Source: Chiloscyllium plagiosum
Lineage: Eukaryota
Length of the DNA: 32,446 nt
NCBI RefSeq assembly: GCF_004010195.1
Contig: NC_057756.1
Location: 8,848,921 to 8,881,366, forward strand
Direction: 5' to 3'
Made by a program: the position numbers and the translations under genes. Shown here piece after piece: positions 22,491-32,259 of this stretch; position 1 is the first letter of the stretch, and every line of letters begins with the position of its first letter. A model generated the notes under the pieces. The model was not told where the DNA came from. It ran no database searches and worked only from the letters and a program-made list of their open reading frames with translations.

Positions 22491-22933
22491 ACTGTGTCTG
22501 AGTGTCTAAAACTCTCATCCTCCCTGCCAGTCATATTGCTAAATAACACAAGATGCAGGCTAAGATTGGAAAAGTGGTGTGTTGCAGAGAGAGCTGGGGC
22601 AATGTGTGCACAGATTATTGAAGGACAGAGGCTGGTTGGGGGGGGAACCGGGGTGGAGGGGGAGAGAGATCGAGAGAGAGAGATTGCAGTTAATAAAGGA
22701 CACAGCCTCCTCAGATTAGTTGTGGTGTGGAACTGCTGCTGAAGGGATAGGCACGTGCGGAATGGGAAGAGAATAGATCACATGGGATGTCACAAGAATC
22801 CAAGACGTTTTTCCCCAGAGTCGAAACTGTATGTTCCTCAGAAGCTAGTGGCTTCACGCATCGCTGTTTCATCTCCCTCACATCAGGGAGAGAGAGAGAT
22901 AGAATGCGTGGTCCCCTCGGGGTGAAGGTCACC

Positions 22934-22976
22934 ATGAGCGGCACCTGGCTCCTCCTCCTCCTCCTCCAGGCGATGG
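22934..22976 (+). CDS. Gene 2 exon 1: leader MSGTWLLLLLLQAM (in-frame upstream ATG at 22904 also possible)
   Basis: Kozak CACCATGA, (CTC)6 poly-Leu, donor ATGG|GTGAGT (phase 1). Confidence 0.82.
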
Positions 22977-25900
22977 GTGAGTGACTCCCTCATGTGTCCA
23001 GTTGCTTCCTGGTCAAAATCCTGGCTGCGGATCTCCAGATCCCTGTTTGAAATCTGCCTGGCCATGCGCGCCCTTGCTGGGGCACATTTAACATGGAGGT
23101 AGTGGCTACTGTGGGGTTTAATAACTCTGAGACATGAGGGGACTCGCTTTGGCAGGAGGAAGAGAGGAGCAGAAGATTATTGAATCGGAGAAAGACCGTG
23201 GAAAGCCACAGGCTCAGGGGGGTTTAGGGGAGACCACATCTGTGAGTCACAGAAAATGCTAGGATCTAGTTCAGTGGGTCACAGGAAGGCAAACGGTCTT
23301 TGTTTCAAAGGGAATAGAGTAAAAACGTTGGGAGGCTTTTGCTAAAACAGTTCAAGGCACGAGTCAGACCAGAGCTGGGATACGGTGAGGAATCTTATGG
23401 CCTTGTATCCAAGAAAAGATAGACTGGGCATTGGAGGCAGTATAGAGTAGGTTCACTCAGCTAATTGCAGGTACAGAGACACTGTCTGATGAGGGAGAGT
23501 TTGAGTCAGTCAGGCCTGTTCTCATTGGAGATTGGAAGAATGAGAGGTGACCTGATTGAAGACTTTCAGATGAGTTGATTTGAGAGTAAGTGAGGAAGAG
23601 AGCTTGTTTCCCCTCGCATTGTGGGAGAGTCTGGGACCAAAGGGACATTGTTTGAGAATAAGGGGGAAGACAGAGATGGGGAGGGATGACTCCTCTCCGA
23701 GGGGGAGGGGAATCTGTGGAATTCTTTTCCATAGAAGGCTGTCAAGGTTGGGTCAGTGAGTATATTTGAGATAATCAAGAAGAGAAATCAGGCCGGGAGG
23801 TGGGGGGAGTGCAAGATGATCAGATCAGCTGTGATCCAATTGAAAACTGGAGCAGATGTGATGGACTGAATGGTCAGGTAGGCAAATTGAGTGGGTGTAC
23901 GGTAGGACAGACTGAGAGACAGCAGTCACTAAAGCACACAGCACCCTTGGATTTATTCATAGAGTCATAGAGATGTACAGCACATTTCATCCTTCGGTCC
24001 AACCTCGTCCATAGCGACCAGATACCCTAACCTAATCTAGTCCCATTTGTCAGCACTTGGTCCATTGGTTTTACCCTACTGCTAATTCTCTTGCAAGGAT
24101 GCCTGCCTTGAAGAAGTTTTCCTCCTCTCTCTACAAGAATCTCAGGGAGTCCCTCTCCCACTGCAACTCTATGTTACTTTTTCCCCACCCCCCCCCTCCT
24201 CTAGCTTATCTCTCCACACTTCAGGCTCTCTGCCTTTATTCCTGATGAAGGGCTTTTGCCCGAAACGTCGATTTTGCTGCTCGCCGGATGCTGNNNNNNN
24301 NNNNNNNNNNNNNNNNNNNNNNNNNNNNNNNNNNNNNNNNNNNNNNNNNNNNNNNNNNNNNNNNNNNNNNNNNNNNNNNNNNNNNNNNNNNNNNNNNNNN
24401 NNNNNNNNNNNNNNNNNNNNNNNNNNNNNNNNNNNNNNNNNNNNNNNNNNNNNNNNNNNNNNNNNNNNNNNNNNNNNNNNNNNNNNNNNNNNNNNNNNNN
24501 NNNNNNNNNNNNNNNNNNNNNNNNNNNNNNNNNNNNNNNNNNNNNNNNNNNNNNNNNNNNNNNNNNNNNNNNNNNNNNNNNNNNNNNNNNNNNNNNNNNN
24601 NNNNNNNNNNNNNNNNNNNNNNNNNNNNNNNNNNNNNNNNNNNNNNNNNNNNNNNNNNNNNNNNNNNNNNNNNNNNNNNNNNNNNNNNNNNNNNNNNNNN
24701 NNNNNNNNNNNNNNNNNNNNNNNNNNNNNNNNNNNNNNNNNNNNNNNNNNNNNNNNNNNNNNNNNNNNNNNNNNNNNNNNNNNNNNNNNNNNNNNNNNNN
24801 NNNNNNNNNNNNNNNNNNNNNNNNNNNNNNNNNNNNNNNNNNNNNNNNNNNNNNNNNNNNNNNNNNNNNNNNNNNNNNNNNNNNNNNNNNNNNNNNNNNN
24901 NNNNNNNNNNNNNNNNNNNNNNNNNNNNNNNNNNNNNNNNNNNNNNNNNNNNNNNNNNNNNNNNNNNNNNNNNNNNNNNNNNNNNNNNNNNNNNNNNNNN
25001 NNNNNNNNNNNNNNNNNNNNNNNNNNNNNNNNNNNNNNNNNNNNNNNNNNNNNNNNNNNNNNNNNNNNNNNNNNNNNNNNNNNNNNNNNNNNNNNNNNNN
25101 NNNNNNNTGATTTACAATAAGGGTCCCAGGGATGAGAAACTCTGGCAATAAGGATTGATTGAAAAAAATGGGGACTGTTCGCCCTGGGAGAGGAGAAGGC
25201 TGAGAGAGGGAGATCCAGCAAGGTTTTCAAAATCACAAAGGGGAAGGGGGAGGGGGCTGGAGAGAGATGATCCAGAGAAGCTGTTTGCGCTTGGAAAAGG
25301 AACGCGAATGAGAAAGGGAACGGGAGGGGCAAAGATTTCAAGTGAGGTATAAACGGAATGAGGGAGGGGTTGGGAAAATTAAGGAAAAAATGTTCCCACC
25401 CAGCAAATTGTTAGAGTGTGGCATATACTGCCTGGAAGTGTGCTGGGGGCAGGATAAATGGAGAGGGGGCATTGGATGGGGAGTTGGATAGAAATGGGGT
25501 GTGGAGGGATTGGGGATGGAGTAAAAACAGGGGATTGGTGATGGGTGATGGATGACAAAACCAATGTTGGTGCAATTGGTTAACCAGTCTCCCCCAGTTC
25601 CATCGCACTTCCCCATCTCGTCTGAGATCTAACCTTTTCGCTGTTTTCTCTTGCAGTGTTCCAGGGTTCACAGCAGGCAATTGACTCTCAAGGTCAGTGA
25701 CATTACTACAATCAGTGAAAAAAAATTACATTAATTTTTCTGACGCAAACTTTCCACCATCGTACACGTGAAGGTTTCCAAGTGGACATCAAACCCCGTA
25801 CTGGACTTCATCTTCCAGATTTCAGAATCTGTCCCCTCTCCCTGTCCCATCATAGCCTCAATGGCCCTCAAATATCCGTGTATTCCAATTCCCATTTCCC

Positions 25901-28900
25901 TAATCCTTGGCCCACAGCCTTGGCATCACAGGTAGCCATTGAACTCCTTCTCTAATGCAATGAGAGTGTGTGCCTCTCCCACTCTTACAGGTGGTGAGTT
26001 CGTCTGAGCAAAAATGTTGCCCCTCACCACCTCCTGCCTCTTCCCTTCAAGCTATCTTTCCCCCTCTCCCCTCAGTCATTGATCCTTCCATCAAGGGAGG
26101 GAATGTTTCTACCTGCCTACTCTATTGATGCCCCCTGCATCACTTTATACATCTTAATCATGTTCCTCCCCTCCCCTCCCTCTCTCAATCTCCCCTGCTT
26201 GATGGGAAATAACTCCAGTCTATCCAATCTCTCTCCATCACTAAAACTCTCCACCGCCCTCCCTGCCTCACAAGGGAGACAGAGAGAGGGAGAGGGAGAG
26301 CAGGAGAGACATTGACGGAGAGTGAGAGATAGAGGGTCATAAAGAGTGACAAATGGCTGAAGAGAGAGAGGAAGGGAAAGGGTTGGAAGGAAAGAAAGAC
26401 AGACAGAGGTGCACACAGAGACAGAGAGAGGGACAGAGCCAGAGGCCGTGAGAGACAGGGTGAGAGAGAGAGAGATAGAGAGAGACAGAAAGAGAGAGAC
26501 ATAGAGGAATAGAGAGAAAGGGTGAGAGAGAGAGAGATAGACAGAGAGTATGATACAGGGGACAAAGATTAGTGAAAGAATCATGTAAACAGCTCAATAT
26601 TGGTAAGAGGCATGATTAATGCAATATCAGATCCAGAGAATTATAAAGTTTAGGTAAATGCAACTGTCCTGAATAAACATGTGGACCATTTGAAAGCAGC
26701 AAATTCACAGACTGTGCAGGAGCAAAACTTGCCCTGCCCCTCAGAACTTTCAGAAATATTTCAGGAACCTGTTTATTCACCCTTTCATGTCAGCTAGGCT
26801 CCTTAATTTGACCAGATTAACAATCCAGTCAGGAAACTCATATTCTATGATGACCAGCTGGTTGATGTCATTACAATCACTACAGGGGTGTTAATGGGAA
26901 GAGGAAAAGCAAATCACAATTTAAATCTCTCATGCTTTGTCGCACATCAGGAACTGCCATTCTCTAGCTGCTATCTATCCAGAGCAAGACATGTGACCCC
27001 TCAATGTGACATCAAATTGCCTAGTAGCCAGCAAGTTTTGGACTTACACAGCTGCCATTTACATATAAAGCCTATGATTATGCCAGATGTTTTGCTGCAT
27101 TGCTGCCATAATACAAGGCATTTTTGCACGAGCACATTGTTAAATCTGACTCTTAAATTGATTGGCATGATGTGTGGGGCTGCTTTAAATCTCCTGTGGT
27201 CCAATGGCTGTACTGGCCTCAACAAGAGTATAGCCCTCAGTAAGACTGGGTCATACCGTCCTACTTTATCAAAGTTCAGTACATGGAGATGTTGTAGGTA
27301 CACCCACAATGCTGTTATGAAGGGAGTTCCAGGATTTTGACCCAGTGACAATGTGGGTAGGGTATTTTATTTCCAAGTCAGGATGGTGAATGGCTTGGAG
27401 GGGAACTTGCTGCTCCTGTGCATCTGCTGTGCTTTCTTTCTGGTGGTACAGATTAAAGATTTTGAAGATGCTGTCAAATGTGGTGCCTTGGCTAGTTGTT
27501 GCAGTGCCTCAAGTATATGGGACATTGTGCTGCTACTGTGCATTGGTGGAGAGAATGAATGTTTAAAGTTGTGTTGCATAGTTAACCAAGTACCTAACAG
27601 AATATGTTTAATTCTCTACTGTTAGTGTGAGTACATAATTGGGAACAGTCCCTTAACAGTGAGTGTCTGAGAATGGACCAATTAAGCACCTGATTAAATA
27701 CAGATTGCCCCAGTCAAGCAATTTGCAGAGTGGCAGAAAGGAGGAGCTGCTGAATATAATGCCTTGTAAAATATTTACGAGTTTCTCTAAGTTGTATTGA
27801 AATTCATTGGATATTACTAAATGCCATAGTTTATCTGGCATGAATACATTAGCTAAGGTTTATGGACTGTGCAAGTGAGAGTGATGTTTGACGTTGTACA
27901 ATTGCTGTTAATTTTCACAGGTTGGGAAAGACAGATAGAAGCCATTGTTTTTGTTCCTTGCCCTCATCTCCCTCCCGTTCTCGTTGTAGTGAGGCTGAGT
28001 GACGGCCCGACCCCGTGCTCTGGGAGAGTGGAGGTTTACCACTCGGGAGAGTGGGGCACCGTGTGTGATGACAGGTGGGGCATTGAAGATGCCATGGTGG
28101 TGTGTCACCAAGTCGGGTGTGGCCCTGCCATCTCGGCGCCCAGGGGTGGGTATTACCCAGTTGGCACTGGAAAGATCTGGATGGATGAAGTCCGGTGTCG
28201 GGGTACGGAGCTCCAACTGTCCACCTGCTCATTTCAAGGTTGGAAAAAACACAACTGCAACCACAATGAAGACGCTGGAGTGACCTGTCAAGAAAGAGGT
28301 AAGATGTCACTCTCTATTTTCACACCCAGTCTCAGGCTGGTGTGTTCATGCCACCCCAACGCCAAGCAATGACCATCCAAACTGAGAGAGAATCTAACCA
28401 TTACCCCCATGATGTTCAATGGTGTTACCGTTCACTGAAACCCCCAATACCAACAACCTTGGGTTACCATTGACAGAGAATCTAACCATCGCCCCCTTGA
28501 CATTCGATAGTGTTACCCTCACTGAAACCCCCACTATCAACTACCTTGGGTTACCACTGACAGAGAATCTAACCATCGCCCCCTTGACATTCAATAGTGT
28601 TACCATCACTGAATCCCCCCCCCCCTCCCACCATCAACATCCTGGCGGTTACCACTGACAGAGAATCTAACCATCATTCCCTTCACCTTCAATGGTGTTA
28701 CCATCACTGAAACCCCCACTATCAACATCCTGGGGGTTACCAGTGGAGAGAAACCAACCATCACCCCCTTGACATTCAATGGAGGTTTTATCACTGAGTT
28801 ACCTCCCTGATCTTAATCTTTCAGCTAACAAAGACAAATATCCCCTTACACCTTCTTATCTACTTGGCCTGATACCTTAAGGGACCAGTGTACATGGACA

Positions 28901-31900
28901 CTGAGGTCCTTCTGATCCTCAATGCTTCCCAGGGTCCCATCGTGTATTCCCTTGCCTCATTTGTTGTGCCCAAGTGCATTGCCTCGCGTTGATCTCCACT
29001 TTACCTCGAGGGTCTATGGGCATGGTTAGCTCAAATGGATGTTTTTGCAATACGGAGAGACACCAACAGCGCGGGTTCAATCTCTGCATCGACTGAGGTT
29101 ACCCTAAAGGGCTCATTTCCTCACTCTTGTTATGGAGCAGACCAAACCCCCTCAAAACCTACCGAGGAGACAGCCTAACACTTATCTCATTTACAGGCAA
29201 GTGTAAGGTGCTGTGTTCCAGCTGTGATTCAATTGGTCAAACTATTTGGCTTTAAGTAAAACACACTTTATTCTGACACCCCAAGTAAAAGAATTGGCAG
29301 AACTTGATTGAAAAACTTCACAAGACAATGTGTTATTTAACTCATCAACACTCCCAGCATCCCATAAACACGCCCTTGGGAAAGGCAGGTTCAGCGAGAC
29401 AGATTTCCCTCACTTTGCTGCCTCTTCCAGTCCAGGAGAAGGAAGGATGAACCTAACAGCGAGAGAGGGAACTCAAACTCTTTTTTTTCAGCAGAGAGAG
29501 AGAGAGAGAGTTTATCTAGCAGCTTCACCCCAGATTTCGAAATTGGAAGCAAAGACTAAAAGCCTGAACCCACCCATTCAGGCTACCTCTGTCTCATTTC
29601 AAAGATAAACACGAGGCCATTTATTCTGCTTTCCACGCCATCCGGTTGACAATACTCCCCCTTCAGGAGAAACAGGATGGTGCAACTCCCTCCTGTATGG
29701 CGTATCTTGTCACACCCTCTGCCTTGCCTGAGGCGAGGTGACCCTCAGGTTAAACCACCCCTAGTCCTCTCTCCACCTCTGTCTCTCTGGAGCCCGTGGG
29801 AACTTGTCTCTCTCAACGCAAGCATTTCCCGACACGTCCTTTGGTTTTATTTGTGTGCGGGATGTGTGGGCATTGCTGGTTGGGCCAGTATTTATTGCCC
29901 AGAGGGGGCAGTAAAGAGTCAACTGACCTAGCTAAGAGACTGGATTCATGTGTAGGCCCAGATCAGATACAGACGGCAAATTCCTGTCCCTGATAGGCAT
30001 TGGTGAACCAGACAGGTTTCTTTCCCGACAATGGATTCGTGAATTCCAGATTCTCCATTGAATTTGAATTCCAACATGGCGGGGGCTCCCCTGGATGTCA
30101 CCCAGTTTTTTTCACGGAGATTCGGACCGTCTCACACCTGTTTCCCCCTTTTTCTCTCCTCCCCACCGAGATAAATCTTTCCGTCCCTCGATCTCTCTGA
30201 AGCTCAACGACCTGATGCCCCTGGTGGGGAGTAACATGGAATTCAGGTGCACAGCTCTGGAGGGATACAGTAGGGGACGCTTTGGAACAGGGAAAGATTC
30301 CCCCATGATCCATTGGCAAGTGGTGGCAGCCGGGACCCGCAGCGTCAACGTCTGGCTGGGGAAGATGGCCCTGCTCCACACGGGCAACTACACGTGCCTC
30401 GATAAAGCAACTGCCAGTGGGAACTGGCAATGTTTCCTGCCCAGCAAGACCGTGCAACTCCGAGTGGTGGATAAGTCCCGGTTTTCCGTCTCATCGGGGG
30501 GCGCCACGCTCTCTGGACATTGTAAAGGAGGCGCTCTATGAAGACAAGGGGATTGCTACAGCACCAAGTGCCACAGTTGCGGTACCCGCCAGACATAGAA
30601 GTCGAAAGGTCCCCTGTTTGTTCCCACACTCTCGGTTTCCGGCCCACCCACCCCCGCCATTGCATTAAACCCCTCTTCCCGCATTTCCCCTCATCGAAAA
30701 CCTTCGGAAAGGCCAATGGGCAGAACTGGATGAAGGAGCAAAGGACAAATGAGGAAGATTATGGAGAGCTCAAATGCCAGCAGAGGTTGAAATTTTCCAG
30801 AGAGTGATTTCCAATCGGGACAGAGAGGGAAATCTGAGAAGGGGAATTGGACTTCCCAGTCTGGGATTGGAATGAGGGATCGAATGGACTCTCACTGGCT
30901 GGGAATGAACTCCATTTGTCTATCCTGCAAGTGAAAGTGGTAGTACAGAAGAACAGACAGCAGTTACCAAAGCACACAGCACCCTTGGATTTATTCATAG
31001 GGGCGTAGAGTCCAAGAGCAGGGAGGTGATGCTGAACTTACACAAGACACTTGTTAGAGCTCAGCTAGCATGCTGTATACAGTCATGGGCACTACATTAT
31101 AGGGAAGATGTGAATGTATTGGGGACGGAGTGAGAGAATGAGTGAGGCAGAGAGAGAACGACTGATATAAAGAGGGTGGGAGAGAGAGAGACACACAGGG
31201 ATAGAGATAAGCGTGAAGGATAAAGACAGAGTGTGAGTGACAGAGACAGAGTCAGAAAGAAAATCATAGATTCCCAACAGTGTGGAAACAGGCCCTTCAG
31301 CCCAACAAGTCCACACCAACCCTCCGAAGAGTAATCCATCTTCCTACCTTATATTTACCCCTGACTGATGCACCTAACCTGCACATCCCTGAACACTATG
31401 GGCAATTTAGCATGGCCAATCCTAATCATACCCTAACCTGTACATCTTTGGACTGTGGGAGGAAAGCCACACAGACACAGGGAGAATGTGCAAAACTCTC
31501 CACGGTACTCCAGGTGCTGAAACACCAATTCCTTGTATATTTGCAACAACAGCTTCCCTGCTTTTATCCTCTACGCTTACGTTCTGTTGCTGGCACCTAT
31601 CTGTGTTGTTTCATTTTCTGTCCACTGTGTAATTCCAAGTGTCTGTTTCTGAAGATTTCTCATGTTCTACTTTCAGAGCCACCGGCCCGGCCAGAGATTA
31701 GGGCAGCTCCCTCGTACCCGGCGTACCTGGTGGGAGAAAATGTCACCCTGACGTGTGTAATCCCAAACCGTTACACACCCGCTCACATCCAGTTTCTGAA
31801 AGACTCTGCCCTCGTCACCAACAGCACTGGGAACCAGCGGCGATCCACCCACAGTGTCCTCCACCTCACCTCCATCGATCCGGGGAACTACACGTGTTCC

Positions 31901-31970
31901 TACCAGACCCTGGAGTATGGACGGTTGCTCTCATCAGCCCCCAGTCTCCCAGTGGAAATTGCCCTCACTC
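22934..31970 (+). CDS. Gene 2 (5' part, continues past the window): SRCR plus LILR/A1BG/IGSF1-type Ig-C2 receptor-like protein; join(22934-22976,25657-25692,27990-28298,[30171-30470],31677-31970,...)
   Basis: All junctions are phase 1 and the frame is open through all five exons: leader, mini-exon, SRCR, Ig, Ig. Exon 4 has non-canonical splice sites. No TM or tail lies inside the window. Confidence 0.8.
23150..23875 (+). mobile_element. Decayed CR1-clade LINE 3' fragment
   Basis: AGAATGAGAGGTGACCTGATTGAA (RMRGDLIE), GAATCTGTGGAATTCT (NLWNS), and tail GATGGACTGAATGG. Confidence 0.75.
24066..24293 (+). mobile_element. Penelope-like element terminal repeat containing a minimal hammerhead motif
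   Basis: CTGATGA(24242-24248)-A-GGGC-TTTT-GCCC-GAAA-CGTC. Downstream sequence matches 3580-3620. Runs into the gap. Confidence 0.75.
25108..25550 (+). mobile_element. Decayed CR1-clade 3' fragment
   Basis: AGGAGAAGGCTGAGAGAGGGAGAT..., GAGTGTGGCATATACTGCCTGGAAG. Confidence 0.65.
25657..25692 (+). CDS. Gene 2 exon 2: 36-nt mini-exon (V)FQGSQQAIDSQ
   Basis: Strong acceptor CTGTTTTCTCTTGCAG with branch-like CTAAC upstream. Donor CAAG|GTCAGT, phase 1-1. Completes the signal peptide. Confidence 0.78.
26270..26560. repeat. GA-rich low-complexity tract
   Basis: Degenerate (GA)n. A similar tract lies at 31130-31260. Confidence 0.9.
27150..27575 (-). mobile_element. Decayed LINE 3' fragment
   Basis: Minus-strand KFPSKPFTILTWK and SLGQNPGTPFITALWVYLQH, recognised as an elasmobranch LINE C-terminus. 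Confidence 0.6.
27990..28298 (+). CDS. Gene 2 exon 3: group B SRCR domain
   Basis: VRLSDGPTPCSGRVEVYHSGEWGTVCDDRW...VVCHQVGCG...IWMDEVRCRGTE.QLSTC....WKKHNCNHNEDAGVTC has 8 Cys in one exon. Acceptor TTCTCGTTGTAG, donor AGAG|GTAAGA. Confidence 0.97.
28360..28795 (+). repeat. LINE-derived ~87-bp tandem repeat, about 4.6 copies
   Basis: GAGAATCTAACCAT... starts at 28388, 28476, 28563, 28661 and 28748. Part of the unit reads PFTFNGVTITETPTINILGVT, a LINE RT C-terminal motif. Confidence 0.88.
29020..29800 (+). mobile_element. tRNA-derived SINE split by a solo LTR
   Basis: Head GGTTAGCTCA...GGTTCAATC at 29020-29127, resuming at 29715 (GCCTGAGGCGAGGTGACCCTCAGGTTAAACCACC). Confidence 0.65.
29128..29714 (-). 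mobile_element. Solo LTR, 587 bp
   Basis: TGTTA...TCACA termini, flanks CACTCT/CCCTCT (5/6 match), and minus-strand AATAAA at 29267-29272, about 140 bp from the 3' end. Confidence 0.7.
29850..30105 (-). mobile_element. SINE/LINE-UTR-related repeat
   Basis: Inverted homologue of 9860-10005. Confidence 0.6.
30171..30470 (+). CDS. Gene 2 exon 4: LRC-type Ig-C2 domain with defective splice sites (possible pseudo-exon)
   Basis: (D)KSFRPSISL...VGSNMEFRC...HTGNYTC...PSKTVQLRVV. The acceptor ends GAG after a long pyrimidine tract, and the expected donor reads ATAAGT at 30471-30476. Confidence 0.75.
31262..31504 (-). mobile_element. HE1-like SINE, partial
   Basis: GGAAACAGGCCCTTCAGCCCAACAAGTCC...GCAATTTAGCATGGCCAAT...GGGAGAATGTGCAAA. 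Confidence 0.88.
31677..31970 (+). CDS. Gene 2 exon 5: intact LILR/A1BG/IGSF1-type Ig-C2 domain
   Basis: (E)PPARPEIRAAPSYPAYLVGENVTLTC...IQFLKD...DPGNYTCSYQ.....LLSSAPSLPVEIALT. Acceptor TTCTACTTTCAG, donor CTC|GTGAGT, phase 1-1. Confidence 0.93.
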
Positions 31971-32139
31971 GTGAGTCTGAACACCCGCTGTGTTGCACAT
32001 TGGACACTTTCTGAATCTGATTAACGCAGAAAAAGAGAGACAGAGTTAACGTTTCAGGTTATAAACACCGGAAGTTGCTGGAGAAAGTCAGCAAGTCTGT
32101 GGAATGAGAGAGATAGAAACAGAGCTAATATGACAGAGA

Positions 32140-32259
32140 GGCAAGGTGGCTCAGTGGTTAGCACTGCTGCCTCACAGTGCCAGGGACCCGGGGTCAAATC
32201 CACCCTCGAGTGACTGTCCATTTGAAGATTGCATGTTCTCCCTGTGTCTGTGCGGGTTA
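32140..32259 (+). mobile_element. HE1-like SINE 5' half
   Basis: GGTGGCTCAGTGGTTAGCACTGCTGCCTCACAG...GGGTCAAATCC. Confidence 0.88.

Noticed and set aside
24169-25341. ORFs of 280-390 aa
   Set aside because: They span the 814-N gap. An exon hidden in the gap cannot be excluded.
26117-26597. Leu/Ser-rich hydrophobic ORFs on the minus strand
   Set aside because: Translation of the (TC)n low-complexity tract.
27869-28372. Single-exon secreted SRCR gene with its own leader, as the ORF track suggests
   Set aside because: The GTG start and hydrophobic N-terminus are intronic pyrimidine-tract sequence. Canonical splice sites bound the domain exactly.
22934-31970. Assigning a symbol such as DMBT1, CD163, CD6 or LILR to gene 2 (or CD276/VTCN1 to gene 1)
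   Set aside because: The domain architectures match none of these, and orthology cannot be shown without searches.
31280-32014. 244-aa ORF as a stand-alone gene
   Set aside because: The N-terminal part is SINE and intron sequence. Only 31677-31970 is exon.
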